From Bacillota bacterium (GTDB lineage: Bacteria; Bacillota; Sulfobacillia; JBFLWA01): a stretch of DNA of 64,000 nucleotides. This document shows, piece after piece, positions 1 through 10,985 of the stretch. The notes below the pieces were generated by a model. That model worked only from the letters and a program-made list of their open reading frames with translations, did not search any database and was not told the DNA's origin. Position 1 is the first letter of the stretch; each line of letters opens with the position of its first letter. The position numbers were made by a program, and so were the translations under genes. The stretch is from assembly GCA_040758135.1 (NCBI GenBank), contig JBFLWA010000009.1, forward strand, positions 6,755 to 70,754, read 5' to 3'.

Positions 1-1096
1 GGGTACCGCTGTCATCCAGGCAGCCGCCTCTGAGGAGATGCAGGCCCTGGCCCGGGCGGCCGGCGCCAAGGGGATCAGCGTCTACGGCTCCATGTGCACC
101 GGCCAGGAGCTAATGCAGCGCAATGCCCATAGCGGAGCGCCCATTTACCGGGGGCAGCTGGGCAACTGGATCACCCAGGAGTTCATGGTGGCCACCGGCG
201 CCGTCGACCTGGTGATGATGGACATGAACTGTTCTATCCCGGGGCTGAAGGCCATGGCCGACCATTTCCACACCAGGCTGGTCTCGGTTGACCACATCCT
301 GCGCATGGACGGGGTAACCGAGAACTACGACTACAGCCCGGAGAGCGTGGCCGAGCAGGCCAAGGAACTGGTCAAGCGGGCCATCGAGACCTATCAGCGC
401 CGGGGCAACGACCTGTTCATCCCCGAGAAAACCCAGGAGGTAATGGCCGGGTTCTCGGCCGAGTCTATCGCCGGCGCCTTGGGCGGCACTCTCGACCCGC
501 TGCTGCAAGCGGTTAAGGACGGCGCCATCAAGGGAATTGCGGCAGTGGTCGGCTGCACCAATAACGAGAACGGGCATGACAAGATGTCGGTAGCCCTGAC
601 TAAAGAATTGATCACCCGGGACATTCTGGTGGTTAACTCGGGCTGTGTCAGTAGCGGCGTGCAAGCGGCGGGGCTGACGGATCCGGCCGCGGCCCAACTG
701 GCCGGACCCGGATTGCGGGCCGTCTGCGATTCGCTGGGCATCCCGCCCACCCTGAACTTCGGTTCTTGTGTGGATATCGGGCGCATCGGGGTGGTGGTCA
801 CCCTGATCGCCAACGCCCTGGGCGTCGATCCGAGCCAACTGCCGGTAGCAGCTTCGGCTCCCGAGTATATGGAGCAGAAGGCGGTGGCTGACGGGCTGTT
901 CGCTGTGGCCTTCGGTCTCCTGACCCACCTGGCCCCGGCTCCGCCGGTCACCGGCGGACCGCTGGTGCTCGACGTCCTCACCAACCAAGTCGAGGGGCTC
1001 ACCGGGGGCAGGGTGCTCGTGGAACTCGACCCGGTGAAGGCGGCCGAGGCCATCGAGGCCCACCTTCTCGCCAAGCGCCAGGCGCTCGGCATCTAA
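1..1096 (+). CDS. cooS: Anaerobic Ni,Fe carbon-monoxide dehydrogenase catalytic subunit, 5' part outside window
   Basis: C-cluster Cys motifs SMCTG, DMNCS, GCTN, SGC, GSCVD and PEYMEQKA (catalytic Lys); frame open to the window edge. Confidence 0.9.
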   Translation, partial: GTAVIQAAASEEMQALARAAGAKGISVYGSMCTGQELMQRNAHSGAPIYRGQLGNWITQEFMVATGAVDLVMMDMNCSIPGLKAMADHFHTRLVSVDHILRMDGVTENYDYSPESVAEQAKELVKRAIETYQRRGNDLFIPEKTQEVMAGFSAESIAGALGGTLDPLLQAVKDGAIKGIAAVVGCTNNENGHDKMSVALTKELITRDILVVNSGCVSSGVQAAGLTDPAAAQLAGPGLRAVCDSLGIPPTLNFGSCVDIGRIGVVVTLIANALGVDPSQLPVAASAPEYMEQKAVADGLFAVAFGLLTHLAPAPPVTGGPLVLDVLTNQVEGLTGGRVLVELDPVKAAEAIEAHLLAKRQALGI

Positions 1097-1119
1097 CCGA
1101 GGCACAACCTCCACTAAAA

Positions 1120-1160
1120 CCGGGGCAGCATCTGAGATGCTGCCCCGGCTTCTCATTTTC
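1120..1160 (+). terminator. Intrinsic terminator after cooS
   Basis: 13-bp perfect stem ccggggcagcatc-tga-gatgctgccccgg followed by cttctcattttc. Confidence 0.8.
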
Positions 1161-1211
1161 GCTTCCCCGTTCATAGGCTGTAGTAGCGGCTCAGTGGGGA
1201 GGTGAACTGCT

Positions 1212-1571
1212 GTGTCCCGGTACTACTCCCCCCTGGCTGACACTCTGACCGCGCTCCGGTTCCTCCTGGGGGCCTCTCTGCCCGTCATCGGGATTACCCG
1301 GGCGGCACTCCCGCTGGTGACCATTGTCCTCCTGCACCTGGCGGGGCTGACCACGGATATGCTGGGCGGCGCTCTGGCCAGGGTTTTACCTCCGGGGCAG
1401 GGCCAGCTTGGGCGGTATGACCTGGCCGTCGACCATTTGGTCCGCTATTTAGGGGCGGAAAGTGAGTGGGCGACCGAACTGCCAGACGCCAATGAGGCCG
1501 TTACCCTGCTAAACAAGTCGTTTTTGTCAACGGTCTGGTGCAAGGTAACACAATACAGGCCAAACACCTAG
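1212..1571 (+). pseudogene. CDP-alcohol phosphatidyltransferase-like N-terminal fragment
   Basis: ADTLTALR...TDMLGGALAR..G..GRYDLAVD resembles the DG-xx-AR-x(n)-G-xxx-D-xxx-D motif with D->G; similarity ends after about 80 aa. Confidence 0.5.
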
Positions 1572-1792
1572 GCCAGGATATCCTGGTCTGGCTTAGAAAC
1601 CTCATCGGTGGTGAGACCTCCGAGTACACCGAGATGCTGACTGATGCCAGACAGGTCGCCCTGGACCGGATGGTGGCTGAGGCTAAGTGGATGGGGGCCA
1701 ACGCGGTGGTCAATGTCCGCTTCTCCACCGCCCAGGTGATGCAGGCAGCTGCTGAGATCCTGGCCTACGGGACGGCGGTGGTAGTGGAGTAG
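1532..1792 (+). pseudogene. YbjQ/UPF0145 family protein lacking about 20 N-terminal residues
   Basis: GLVQGNTIQAKHLGQDI...GGE..EYTEML..AR..A..RM..EA...GANAVVNVRFST...AAEILAYGTAVVVE; in-frame TGA at 1493-1495 and no RBS. Confidence 0.75.
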
Positions 1793-1837
1793 CAGGCGAC
1801 CCACGGATTTGAGGAGATAAGCGCATTATGCCTACAT

Positions 1838-1870
1838 AACAAGCAGGGCCCTCACCAGAGGTGAGAGCCC
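1838..1870 (-). terminator. Probable terminator downstream of ppdK
   Basis: Minus strand gggctctcacc-tct-ggtgagggccc then tgcttgtt. Confidence 0.55.
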
Positions 1871-1888
1871 CGAGTAAGCTGTAAGCTG

Positions 1889-4534
1889 TCAGCTATTCCT
1901 CAGTGCCGCCTGGGCCGCCGCCAGTCTGGCCACGGGTACCCGGTAGGGCGAACAGCTAACATAATTCAGCCCGGCCCGGTGGCAGAAGTCGATGGAGCGT
2001 GGCTCACCACCGTGCTCGCCGCAGATCCCCACCTTCAGCCCGGGCACGGTCCGGCGGCCGCCGTCCACGGCTAGGCGGATCAGCTGCCCTACCCCCTCCT
2101 CGTCTAGCACCTCGAAGGGGTTATGCTCCAGGACCTTCCGGTGTAGGTATTGGTGGAGGAACTTGCCCTCGGCATCGTCGCGGGAGAAACCAAAGGTGGT
2201 CTGGGTCAGGTCGTTGGTGCCGAAGGAGAAGAACTCGGCGGTTCCGGCGATCTGGTCAGCTACCAGGGCGGCCCGGGGTACCTCGATCATGGTGCCGATA
2301 GGGCAGTTAAACTCGATGCCGCTGGCCCGCACGACCTCGGCCTTGACCTCCTCCACCAGCTGGCGCAGGGCGAGCAGCTCGTTGGGGTGGCCGACCAGCG
2401 GGATCATCACCTCGGGCTGGGGCCGGAACCCCCGCCGCAGTAGGTTGACGGTGGCCTGGAAAATGGCGCGGGCCTGCATGGCGTAGATCTCGGGGTAGAC
2501 GATCCCCAGGCGGCAGCCGCGGAAGCCGAGCATCGGGTTGGCCTCCTCCAGGGCGCGCGCCCGGCGCAGCACCTGCTCACGCTGGGCGGCTGCATGGTAG
2601 TCCCCCTGGCCCCGCAAGAGCGCGATCTCGGCCAGCAGCTCATCCACCTTGGGGAGGAACTCGTGGAGCGGCGGGTCGAGCAGCCGAATGGTGGTCGGCA
2701 GACCCTCCATCGCCTCCAGGATCTCCTCGAAATCGCCCTGCTGGATGGGGAGAAGCTTATCCAGGGCGGCCTGCCGCTCGTCCAGCGTCTCGGCGAGGAT
2801 CATCTCCTGGACGATGGGCAAGCGGTCCTGGGCCATGAACATATGCTCGGTGCGGCAGAGACCGATCCCCTCGGCGCCGAACTCCCGCGCCTTGCGGGCA
2901 TCTTCGGGGGTATCGGCATTGGCCCTCACCCCGAGGTGGCGGAGGTCGTCGGCCCAGCGCAGGATAGCGCCGAACTCCTCGCCCAGGGTGGGGTCAACCA
3001 TCGGCACCTCGCCGATATAGACAGCGCCGGTGGCCCCGTCGATGGAAACCACATCCCCGGCCTTAATGGTCCGGCCGGCTACCGCTACAGTCTCGTTATC
3101 CATATCGATACGCAGGGCCTCGCACCCGCAAACGCAGGGCTTACCCATGCCCCGGGCGACAATCGCCGCGTGGCAAGTCATCCCGCCGCGGCTGGTCAGG
3201 ATCCCCTGGGCGGGGATAATACCGTGGATATCGTCGGGGGTGGTCTCCGGGCGGACCAGGATCACCTTCTGCCCCTCTTTGCCGAGCTTCTCGGCGAGGT
3301 CGGGATCGAAGACCACTTGGCCAGTGGCGGCGCCGGGCGAGGCCGGCAGTCCCCGGGCCACCGCCTCAAGCTTAGCGTCGGGATCGATCCCCCGGTGCAG
3401 GATCTTGGTCATCTGGGTCGGCTCGATGCGACGCACCGCCTCAGCCCGGTCGATCTTCCCCTCCTCGACCAGGTCATGGGCGATCCGCACCGCCGCCGCG
3501 GCGGTGCGCTTGCCGGTGCGGGTCTGCAGCAGGAAGAGGATACCCTTTTCTACGGTGAACTCGATATCCTGCATATCACCGTAATGCTTCTCCAGCAGCT
3601 GGCAGGTGTCTACCAGCTGCCGATAGGCCTCGGGCAGGTCACGACTCATCTCAGCGATGGGTTTGGGTGTCCGGATTCCGGCCACCACATCCTCGCCCTG
3701 GGCGTTGGTGAGAAACTCGCCGTATAGCCCGGGGTGGCCGGTGGACGGGTCCCGGGTGAAGACCACGCCGGTACCGGAGGTCTCGCCCATGTTGCCGAAG
3801 ATCATCATCTGAACATTAACCGCGGTCCCCAGATGCTCGGGGATGCCGTTGGTCTGGCGGTAGACCTTGGCCCGAGGGTTATTCCACGAGGAGAAGACCG
3901 CCTCGATGGCCATGGTCAGCTGCTGCCGCGGGTCCAGCGGGAAGGGCTGGCCGGTGGCCCGCCGGATATGTTCCTTGTAGTTGGCGATAATTGCCACTAG
4001 CTGGTCGGCATCCAGCAGGTGGTCAAACTCGACCCCGGCCGCGTCTTTATGGCGCTCGAGGATGCGCTCGAAGGCCCCGTGCTGCATTTTCATGACCACA
4101 TTGCCGAACATCTGAATGAACCGGCGGTAGCAGTCGTAAGCAAAGCGGCGGTCGCCGGTAGCAGCAGCCAGCCCTTCAACAGTCTCATCGTTTAAGCCCA
4201 GGTTGAGGATGGTATCCATCATGCCGGGCATGGAGAAGACGGCGCCGGAGCGCACTGAGACCAAGAGCGGCTGTTCCCGCAGGCCCAAGCGCTTCCCCGC
4301 CTTTTCCTCCAGGCGGGTCAGGGCCTCCCAGACCTGCTCCATCAGGCCCGGGAACAGCTGGTTGCCGCTCTCGATATAACGGCGGCAGGCTTCGGTGGAA
4401 ATGGTGAAACCGTGGGGCACCGGCAGCCCGATGCGGGTCATCTCGGCCAGGTTGGCCCCCTTGCCGCCCAGCATTTCTTTTTGTTTGGCGCTACCTTCCT
4501 CGAACATGAAGACATACCTCTTAGTCTCCACCAA
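1889..4534 (-). CDS. ppdK: Pyruvate, phosphate dikinase
   Basis: GGKGANLAEM, SVRSGA..SMPGMMDT, GGMTCHAAIVARG, FFSFGTNDL, GICGEHGG; start set at TTG/GTG after AGGAGG. Confidence 0.97.
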   Translation of the reverse strand: MVETKRYVFMFEEGSAKQKEMLGGKGANLAEMTRIGLPVPHGFTISTEACRRYIESGNQLFPGLMEQVWEALTRLEEKAGKRLGLREQPLLVSVRSGAVFSMPGMMDTILNLGLNDETVEGLAAATGDRRFAYDCYRRFIQMFGNVVMKMQHGAFERILERHKDAAGVEFDHLLDADQLVAIIANYKEHIRRATGQPFPLDPRQQLTMAIEAVFSSWNNPRAKVYRQTNGIPEHLGTAVNVQMMIFGNMGETSGTGVVFTRDPSTGHPGLYGEFLTNAQGEDVVAGIRTPKPIAEMSRDLPEAYRQLVDTCQLLEKHYGDMQDIEFTVEKGILFLLQTRTGKRTAAAAVRIAHDLVEEGKIDRAEAVRRIEPTQMTKILHRGIDPDAKLEAVARGLPASPGAATGQVVFDPDLAEKLGKEGQKVILVRPETTPDDIHGIIPAQGILTSRGGMTCHAAIVARGMGKPCVCGCEALRIDMDNETVAVAGRTIKAGDVVSIDGATGAVYIGEVPMVDPTLGEEFGAILRWADDLRHLGVRANADTPEDARKAREFGAEGIGLCRTEHMFMAQDRLPIVQEMILAETLDERQAALDKLLPIQQGDFEEILEAMEGLPTTIRLLDPPLHEFLPKVDELLAEIALLRGQGDYHAAAQREQVLRRARALEEANPMLGFRGCRLGIVYPEIYAMQARAIFQATVNLLRRGFRPQPEVMIPLVGHPNELLALRQLVEEVKAEVVRASGIEFNCPIGTMIEVPRAALVADQIAGTAEFFSFGTNDLTQTTFGFSRDDAEGKFLHQYLHRKVLEHNPFEVLDEEGVGQLIRLAVDGGRRTVPGLKVGICGEHGGEPRSIDFCHRAGLNYVSCSPYRVPVARLAAAQAALRNS

Positions 4535-5351
4535 GGTCCCTCCTCCTGATGATCTCCAGCACCTGATTGGCTGTCTCCTCAATGGCCTTATTACTGACAT
4601 CTATCACCTTACAGCCGATGCGGTTCATGACCTCCCGGGCATAGCGTAGTTCCGCCTCAATCCGCTGAGTGTTGGCGTAATCAGCCTCGTCGCCTAGCCC
4701 CAGAACCTTTAGCCGCTCGCGTCGGATCTGGTTGAGCATATATGTGTCAATGGTCAGACCCACCACCCGTTCCGGCGGGAGTTGGAAGAGCTCCCGGGGC
4801 GGAGGGATCTCGGGGATCAAGGGCACATTCGCCGCCTTGACCCGCTTGTGGGCCAGGTACATGCAGACCGGGGTCTTGGAAGTGCGGGAGACACCGATGA
4901 CCACCACATCGGCCTTGACCAGGCCGCGGGCATCTTTGCCATCATCGTACTTGACCGCGAACTCTACTGCCTCGATACGGCGGTAGTACTCCTCGTCCAA
5001 CTGGTGGACGAGTCCCGGCTGCAGCCGGGGAGATCGCCCGGTGAGCTGGCTCAGGTGGTTCATCAGCGGCCCCAGCAGGTCAATGGCGGGGACGCCCACC
5101 GCCGCCGCCTCGCGGCAGAGCAGCTCGCGCAAGTCCGGGTAAACCAAGGTAAAGACGATCATGCTCGGAGTCTGGGCAGCTGCAGACCGCACCACTTCCC
5201 GCACGGCCTCCTCTTTATCAATGTGGGGAAAGCGTTGGATCAGCATCTGGCCCGAGTCAAACTGACTGGCAGCGGCACGGGTGACCAGCTCGGCGGTTTC
5301 GCCGATGGAGTCAGAGACCACGAAAATGGCTGTACGTTTGTCCAGGCTCAT
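4521..5351 (-). CDS. ppsR: PPDK regulatory kinase/pyrophosphorylase (YqfL/DUF299)
   Basis: VSDSIGETAE, EAVEFAVKYDDG, GVSRTSKTP, KAIEETA; adjacent to ppdK. Confidence 0.93.
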   Translation of the reverse strand: MSLDKRTAIFVVSDSIGETAELVTRAAASQFDSGQMLIQRFPHIDKEEAVREVVRSAAAQTPSMIVFTLVYPDLRELLCREAAAVGVPAIDLLGPLMNHLSQLTGRSPRLQPGLVHQLDEEYYRRIEAVEFAVKYDDGKDARGLVKADVVVIGVSRTSKTPVCMYLAHKRVKAANVPLIPEIPPPRELFQLPPERVVGLTIDTYMLNQIRRERLKVLGLGDEADYANTQRIEAELRYAREVMNRIGCKVIDVSNKAIEETANQVLEIIRRRDLGGD

Positions 5352-5361
5352 CCCTCCCAGG

Positions 5362-7467
5362 CTATTCGCCGGCAACCGTGAGCATTCCCCAGTCGGCTTC
5401 GGCGGTGAAGAGGTTGGTCAAGTATTTAGTCAGAGCCAGGCGGTTCTCCTTCACAGATTCTTCCTTCTCCATAATCATCACCGACTCAAAGAGGCGGTCG
5501 ATGGGGGCCCGCAGGGTGGCTAGCTCCCGCCAGGCGGCCTGGTAGTCGCCGTGCGCCCGCAGGCGATGGGCGGCCGCGGCCACTCGCTCTAGGGCCGTAT
5601 GCAGCTCCCCTTCGGCCTCATGGACGAAGAGAGCGGGGTTATACCGGTGGCTGGCCGCCTTCTGGGCGATATTGGCCACCCGGCCGTAGGCCGCGTAGAC
5701 CTCAGCGAACTCCGGTGTACCGCGAAAAGCGGTCAGCTGGCGGCATCGCTCGAAGACATCGGCTGGTCGGTTGTACCCGGCAGCCAGCACTGCCTGGACG
5801 GTGTCATAGGTGAACCCTGCCTCGCGGAGGGTGTTCTCCAGGCGACCCCGGATAAACTCCAGGATGGCGCCAATGGTCTCCTCCTCGCCCCGCTCCAGGC
5901 GACCGCCGTAGCCGCGGTAGGCCAGGGAGAGCAGCTCCCGCAGCCCCAGGGGGATGCGCACCCTGGCCTGGGCAAGGATAGCGATGATCCCCAGCGCCTG
6001 CCGGCGCTGGCCGTAGGGGTCGGCCGAGCCGGTAGGCTGGATACCGATGCCGAAGAAGCCGACCAAGCTGTCCAGGCGATCGGCCAGCGAGAGAACGGTC
6101 CCAGCGAAGCTCTCGGGGAGAGCGTCCCCATAGTAGCGGGGCAGGTACTGCTCGTAGAGGGCGGTGGCCGTCTCCGGTGCTTCGCCGGCAACCAGAGCAT
6201 ACTCGCGGCCCATCACCCCCTGCAGCTCCGGGAACTCATAGACCATGTGGGTGGTCTGGTCGGCCTTGGCCAGATGGGCGGCGCGAATGGCCAGTCCGGC
6301 CTGGCCACCCTCGCCCGGGGTCCGGGCGCTGATCTCGCCCACCAGTTTCTCCAGGCGCTCCGCCTTATCCAGCAAAGTGCCAAGCTTCTCGTGGAAGACA
6401 ATGTAGGAGAGGGCCTCCACCTTATCAGCCAGGGCTGTCTTACGGTCCTCGTCCCAGAAGAAGCGGGCATCGGCCAGCCGGGCCCGGAGCACCTTCTCGT
6501 TGCCGGCGACCACCGTCGCCAGGTGCTGGGTGGAGCCGTTTCTCACCCCGATGAAGTAGGGCAACAGACGGCCATCGGCGGCGACCACCGGAAAGTAGCG
6601 CTGGTGAACCTTCATGGTGGTCTCCAGCACTTCGCCGGGGACCGCAAGATACTCCTCGGCGAAGTGCCCGAGGAAGGGGGTGGGCCACTCCACCATGTTG
6701 TTGACCTCATCCAGCAGCTCATCATCCAGCTTGACCCTGGCTCCCCCGCCCACTCCGCCGGCCAATTGTTCCGCCCCGGCGGCAATAAGTTGGCGGCGCT
6801 CAGCCTGGTCTACGATGACACTGGCCCGGCGCATGGTTTCGAAATAGTCACCTGCAGTAGCGATGGTCACCTCACCCGGGTGCAGAGTGCGGTGGCCCAG
6901 ACTGGTTCGGCCGGAAACGATCCCTTCCAGTTGGAAGGGGACCACCTGGTCGCCGTAGAGGGCCACCAGCCAGCGAATGGGTCGGATGAACTTGAGGCTC
7001 AGGCTGCCCCAGCGCATCGCCTTGGGCAGGTTGAGCGACTGGACCAGCCGGGGCAGCAGCTCGGGCAGGAGCTCGGACGCAGGACGCCCGCCCACCTGTT
7101 TTACGGCGAAGACATAATCCACACCATCCACCGGCTGCACCTGTAGCTCTTCCACACCGACCCCCTGGCCCCGGGCGAAGCCCTGGGCGGCCTTGGTGGG
7201 CTGTCCGTCAGCGCTGAAGGCGATCTTAGCCGCCGGGCCGCGGCTCTTGGTCACCCGGTCGGGCTGGCGGCCGGCCAGGTCCTTCACATAGAGCGTTAGG
7301 CGGCGGGGAGTACCGTAGACGGCCATCTCGCCGGAGGGCAGATGGCTCTCCTCCAGCAGGACAGCGGCCTGCCGGGCCAGGTCGTCCAGAAGCCCGCCCA
7401 GGAAGCGGGAGGGCACCTCCTCCACGCCGATCTCGAAGAGCAAGTCTCGCCTGGCATCAGCGGTCAT
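5362..7467 (-). CDS. glyS: Glycine--tRNA ligase beta subunit
   Basis: [41 protein letters not shown]. Confidence 0.97.
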   Translation of the reverse strand: MTADARRDLLFEIGVEEVPSRFLGGLLDDLARQAAVLLEESHLPSGEMAVYGTPRRLTLYVKDLAGRQPDRVTKSRGPAAKIAFSADGQPTKAAQGFARGQGVGVEELQVQPVDGVDYVFAVKQVGGRPASELLPELLPRLVQSLNLPKAMRWGSLSLKFIRPIRWLVALYGDQVVPFQLEGIVSGRTSLGHRTLHPGEVTIATAGDYFETMRRASVIVDQAERRQLIAAGAEQLAGGVGGGARVKLDDELLDEVNNMVEWPTPFLGHFAEEYLAVPGEVLETTMKVHQRYFPVVAADGRLLPYFIGVRNGSTQHLATVVAGNEKVLRARLADARFFWDEDRKTALADKVEALSYIVFHEKLGTLLDKAERLEKLVGEISARTPGEGGQAGLAIRAAHLAKADQTTHMVYEFPELQGVMGREYALVAGEAPETATALYEQYLPRYYGDALPESFAGTVLSLADRLDSLVGFFGIGIQPTGSADPYGQRRQALGIIAILAQARVRIPLGLRELLSLAYRGYGGRLERGEEETIGAILEFIRGRLENTLREAGFTYDTVQAVLAAGYNRPADVFERCRQLTAFRGTPEFAEVYAAYGRVANIAQKAASHRYNPALFVHEAEGELHTALERVAAAAHRLRAHGDYQAAWRELATLRAPIDRLFESVMIMEKEESVKENRLALTKYLTNLFTAEADWGMLTVAGE

Positions 7468-8357
7468 CGGTCTGTGCCCCCTCTCCAGTTAACGGCCAGA
7501 AGCGGATGGCCCGCCTCTTCCCGCTGGTCGATATAGGCCTTGGCGCACTTGCGGGCCAAGGTGCGTACCCGGGTGATGAAGCCGGTGCGCTCGGTGACGG
7601 AGATCGCGCCGCGCGCCTCCAGGATATTGAACATGTGGCTGCACTTAAGGACCCAGTCGTAAGCTGGCAGAACCAGTCCCCGGTCGAGGGCGCGGGTGGC
7701 TTCCCGCTCGTAGATAGAGAAGAGGTTGAGAAGCATATCCACATCGGCCTCTTCGAAGCTGTAGATGGAGTGCTCCACCTCAGCCCGGTGGAAGACATGG
7801 CCGTAGGTCACCCCCCCGCCGAAGCGCAGGTCGTAGACGCTATCTACGCCCTGGAGAGCCATAGCGATTCGCTCGGTCCCATAGGTAATCTCCACCGACA
7901 CCGGACTGCACTCAAAGCCGCCCACCTGCTGGAAGTAGGTGAACTGGGTAATCTCCATCCCGTCCAGCCAGACCTCCCAGCCCATCCCCCAGGCGCCGAG
8001 AGTGGGGGCTTCCCAGTTGTCCTCGACAAAGCGGATATCGTGCTCCTCGGCCTTGATCCCCAGCTCGGCCAGGCTGGCCAGGTAGACATCGATGATATCA
8101 TCGGGCGAGGGCTTGATGATCACCTGGAACTGGTGGTGCTGGTAGACACGGTTGGGGTTCTCGCCGTACCGGGCATCGGCCGGCCGGCGCGATGGCTCCA
8201 CATAGGCCACCCGCCATGGCTCCGGGCCCAGGGCCCGGAAGTAGCTGGCCGGGTTCATGGTGCCCGCTCCTTTCTCCACATCGTAGGGCTGGGCGATGAG
8301 ACAGCCCTGGCTATGCCAGTAGCTCTGCAGTCGCATAAGCAGTTCCTGGAACTCCAT
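7464..8357 (-). CDS. glyQ: Glycine--tRNA ligase alpha subunit
   Basis: [40 protein letters not shown]; ATG at 8357 after GGAGGAG. Confidence 0.97.
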   Translation of the reverse strand: MEFQELLMRLQSYWHSQGCLIAQPYDVEKGAGTMNPASYFRALGPEPWRVAYVEPSRRPADARYGENPNRVYQHHQFQVIIKPSPDDIIDVYLASLAELGIKAEEHDIRFVEDNWEAPTLGAWGMGWEVWLDGMEITQFTYFQQVGGFECSPVSVEITYGTERIAMALQGVDSVYDLRFGGGVTYGHVFHRAEVEHSIYSFEEADVDMLLNLFSIYEREATRALDRGLVLPAYDWVLKCSHMFNILEARGAISVTERTGFITRVRTLARKCAKAYIDQREEAGHPLLAVNWRGGTDR

Positions 8358-8384
8358 AATCTCCTCCTCTCCGGCCCTCAGGCC

Positions 8385-8590
8385 AGAAAACTGAAGGCCC
8401 GCCCCTGTAGTATGCTCTACTACCAGGGACGGGCCAACTACCCGCGGTTCCACCCTGCTTGGCCCCGGGCTGACCGGGACCCGCTTCATTGTCTAGCCTC
8501 GGAGCTGCCTTTCGCCGGATCCCGCCGCCGGCCTTCCACCACCGCCGGCTCGCTGAGGGCGTGCGCCCGGTTACTCCTGCTCTTCATCGG
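8385..8590 (-). ncRNA. Glycine T-box riboswitch leader
   Basis: T-box AAGCAGGGTGGAACCGCG (8443-8460), specifier gaaaGGCagctcc (GGC=Gly, 8507-8509), terminator ggcccgtccctg...caggggcgggcc-ttcagtttt. Confidence 0.93.
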
Positions 8591-8609
8591 CACTCTTCAG
8601 TTTGGTTCT

Positions 8610-8638
8610 AATCTAGCACTAGCCCGGGCGGTTGTCAA
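8610..8638 (-). promoter_or_regulatory. sigmaA promoter of glyQS
   Basis: TTGACA-17 bp-TAGATT with TG extension, directly upstream of the T-box. Confidence 0.85.
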
Positions 8639-9378
8639 CCGAGGGCCCGCACAGTGCTGAGAAAAGCCCAAGAGCGGGGGCGCCGCTCCAGGCAGTGCAC
8701 CACGTAGCTATCCAAGACCGCCCCGATCTCGGCGCGGATGGCCTGGCTCCAGCGGAGCCCGGTCAGGCGCCGGAAATCGGTGCCCAACAGCCGTCGCATA
8801 GTTTCCAGGGCTCCCCGGCTGAGACGGATAGCCCCCGGGGCCGGGCAGTTGCCGCAGACCAGCCCGCCAGCTTCGGGGCTGAAGCGTACCGCATCGCCGA
8901 CCGTCCCGCCGCAGGCGGCGCAGTCCTCTAGCCGCGGCCTGAAGCCCGCGGCGGCCAGCACCTTGATCTCCAGGGCCCGGATGAGGAGCTCTCGGTCGAC
9001 CTCGCCGGTTAGGAGGTGCAGCATCGAGAGAAGCACGTAGAAGAGCTCTTCGTGACGGTCCCGCTCCCGGGTGACCTCGTCCACCAGGTCCACCGCGTAG
9101 GCGGCGTAGGCCATCCGGTCGAGATCAGCCCGCAGGGCGCCGAAGGATTCTCTCAGTTCGGCCTGGCTCACCGTCTCCAGGTTACGCCCGGAGAAGAGGG
9201 AGACCAGCCCGTAGGAAAAGGGCTGGCTGAACCCAGCCAGGCGGCTGCGGGGCCGTCGGGCCCCTTTGGCCACCGCCTCCACCTTGCCCTTGTCGCGGGT
9301 AAACAGGGTGAGGATGCGGTCGGCCTCCCCCAGGTCCCGTTCCCGCAGGACAATGGCTTCGGTGGTGTAGAGAGCCAT
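8635..9378 (-). CDS. recO: DNA repair protein RecO
   Basis: EAIVLR..DLGEADRILTLFT...GKV.AVAKGAR; C-terminal Zn finger CAAC/CGNC. Confidence 0.95.
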   Translation of the reverse strand: MALYTTEAIVLRERDLGEADRILTLFTRDKGKVEAVAKGARRPRSRLAGFSQPFSYGLVSLFSGRNLETVSQAELRESFGALRADLDRMAYAAYAVDLVDEVTRERDRHEELFYVLLSMLHLLTGEVDRELLIRALEIKVLAAAGFRPRLEDCAACGGTVGDAVRFSPEAGGLVCGNCPAPGAIRLSRGALETMRRLLGTDFRRLTGLRWSQAIRAEIGAVLDSYVVHCLERRPRSWAFLSTVRALG

Positions 9379-9381
9379 GAC

Positions 9382-10050
9382 TTATTTCAGGCCATCGATG
9401 ATGGCAATGCCTGCGCTGGCCCCCAGCCGCGAGGCGCCAGCCTCGATCATAGCCAGAGCCTGCTCGGTAGTGCGGATGCCGCCGGCGGCCTTGACTCCGA
9501 TCCGTAGACCGACGGTGCGACGCATCAGAGCCACATCCTCGAGGGTGGCGCCAGTGGGCGCGAAACCAGTGGAGGTCTTCACATAGTGGGCACCGGCCTC
9601 CACCGAGAGCTGGCAGGCCTTGACCTTCTCCTCCTCAGTGAGGTAGGCGCATTCAATGATTACCTTGACCAGGGCCTCTTTGGCCTGTCCGGCCGCGGCC
9701 TCTACCACCGCCCGGATGTCATCGCGGACTAGGTCATAGGCTCCACTCTTCATTAGCCCGAGGTTGATGACCATGTCGATCTCGGTAGCGCCGTTCATAA
9801 CCGCCTGCCGCGTCTCCTGCGCCTTATCGCGCCAGGTAGTGGCCCCCAGGGGGAAGCCGACGACGGTAGCTACCTCCACCCCAGACCCAGCCAACTGGCG
9901 GGCGCATAACTCTACATAGCAGGGGTTAACGCAGACCGCCGCGAAGCTGTGTCCGGCCGCCTCCTGGCAGAGGCGGTCGATCTCAGCGAGAGTGGTGGTA
10001 GCCTTGAGGGCCGTATGGTCAATGTACTTGGCCAGTTCTTTCCTATCCAT
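9382..10050 (-). CDS. deoC: Deoxyribose-phosphate aldolase
   Basis: [36 protein letters not shown]. Confidence 0.96.
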   Translation of the reverse strand: MDRKELAKYIDHTALKATTTLAEIDRLCQEAAGHSFAAVCVNPCYVELCARQLAGSGVEVATVVGFPLGATTWRDKAQETRQAVMNGATEIDMVINLGLMKSGAYDLVRDDIRAVVEAAAGQAKEALVKVIIECAYLTEEEKVKACQLSVEAGAHYVKTSTGFAPTGATLEDVALMRRTVGLRIGVKAAGGIRTTEQALAMIEAGASRLGASAGIAIIDGLK

Positions 10051-10083
10051 ACTGGTCTCCTCCTGTCCTATCTGCTAGTTTTT

Positions 10084-10977
10084 TCAGTCCTGCCGGTAAC
10101 CCAGGGTACGCAGGCTCTCCGGATCATTGCGCCAGTCCCGCCTGACTTTGACCCAGAGATCCAGGTAAATCTGGCTCCCCAGGAGAGTCTGAATATCCTG
10201 GCGGGCCAGCTGGCCAATCTCCTTGATCACTCTGGCGTCGCGCCCAATGATTATCTTCTTCTGAGAGTCACGCTCCACATAGATGACGGCCCGGACATAG
10301 ACCAGGTCGTTCGGGCGCGGCACCACCTCATCCACTTGAATGGCCACCGAGTGCGGCACTTCTTCCCTGGTCAGTTGGAGGACCTTCTCCCGAATCAGCT
10401 CGGCCATGACCATCCGCTCCGGCTGATCGGTGATCATCCCGTCCGGGTAGTACTGGGGACCGGGCGGCATCTGCTCCACCAGCGCCTGCCGCAGCTCGCC
10501 GCAGCCGTGCCCGGTCAGGGCCGAGATGCGAAAGACTGCCTGGTAGTTATGGCGGGCCTGGAAGAAACCAATGCTCCCAGTGACCGTAGCCTCATTGGTG
10601 GCGTCAATCTTATTCATCACCAGCCAGGCCGGGGTATTCACCGCCGCCAGTCGGCCCATAACATACTCCTCGCCGCTGCCGGGCGGGACGGCGGCATCCA
10701 CTACGTGCAAGATCAGGTCGACCTCGCCCAGGGTGGCTTCGGCTATCTCCACCATCACCTGGCCCAGGCGGTGCTTAGGTTTGTGGAGCCCCGGCGTATC
10801 CAGGAAAATCACCTGCACCGGGGGCGCGGTCAGCACCCCGGCAATGCGGTTGCGGGTGGTCTGGGGCTTATCAGACATAATGGCGACCTTCTCCCCGACC
10901 AGCCGATTCATGAGGGTTGATTTCCCCACATTGGGCCGGCCGACCAGGGCGACAAACCCGGAACGGAATTCCTCCAC
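10084..10977 (-). CDS. era: GTPase Era
   Basis: GRPNVGKST, KPQTTRN, DTPG, NKID, KH domain. Confidence 0.97.
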   Translation of the reverse strand: MEEFRSGFVALVGRPNVGKSTLMNRLVGEKVAIMSDKPQTTRNRIAGVLTAPPVQVIFLDTPGLHKPKHRLGQVMVEIAEATLGEVDLILHVVDAAVPPGSGEEYVMGRLAAVNTPAWLVMNKIDATNEATVTGSIGFFQARHNYQAVFRISALTGHGCGELRQALVEQMPPGPQYYPDGMITDQPERMVMAELIREKVLQLTREEVPHSVAIQVDEVVPRPNDLVYVRAVIYVERDSQKKIIIGRDARVIKEIGQLARQDIQTLLGSQIYLDLWVKVRRDWRNDPESLRTLGYRQD

Positions 10978-10985
10978 CCGATCCC

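Noticed and set aside
8358-8489. N-terminal extensions in the ORF track (glyQ here; likewise ppdK, rpsU, hemW, spoIIP, DUF885)
   Set aside because: They run through leaders or neighbouring genes; RBS-supported downstream starts match family N-termini.
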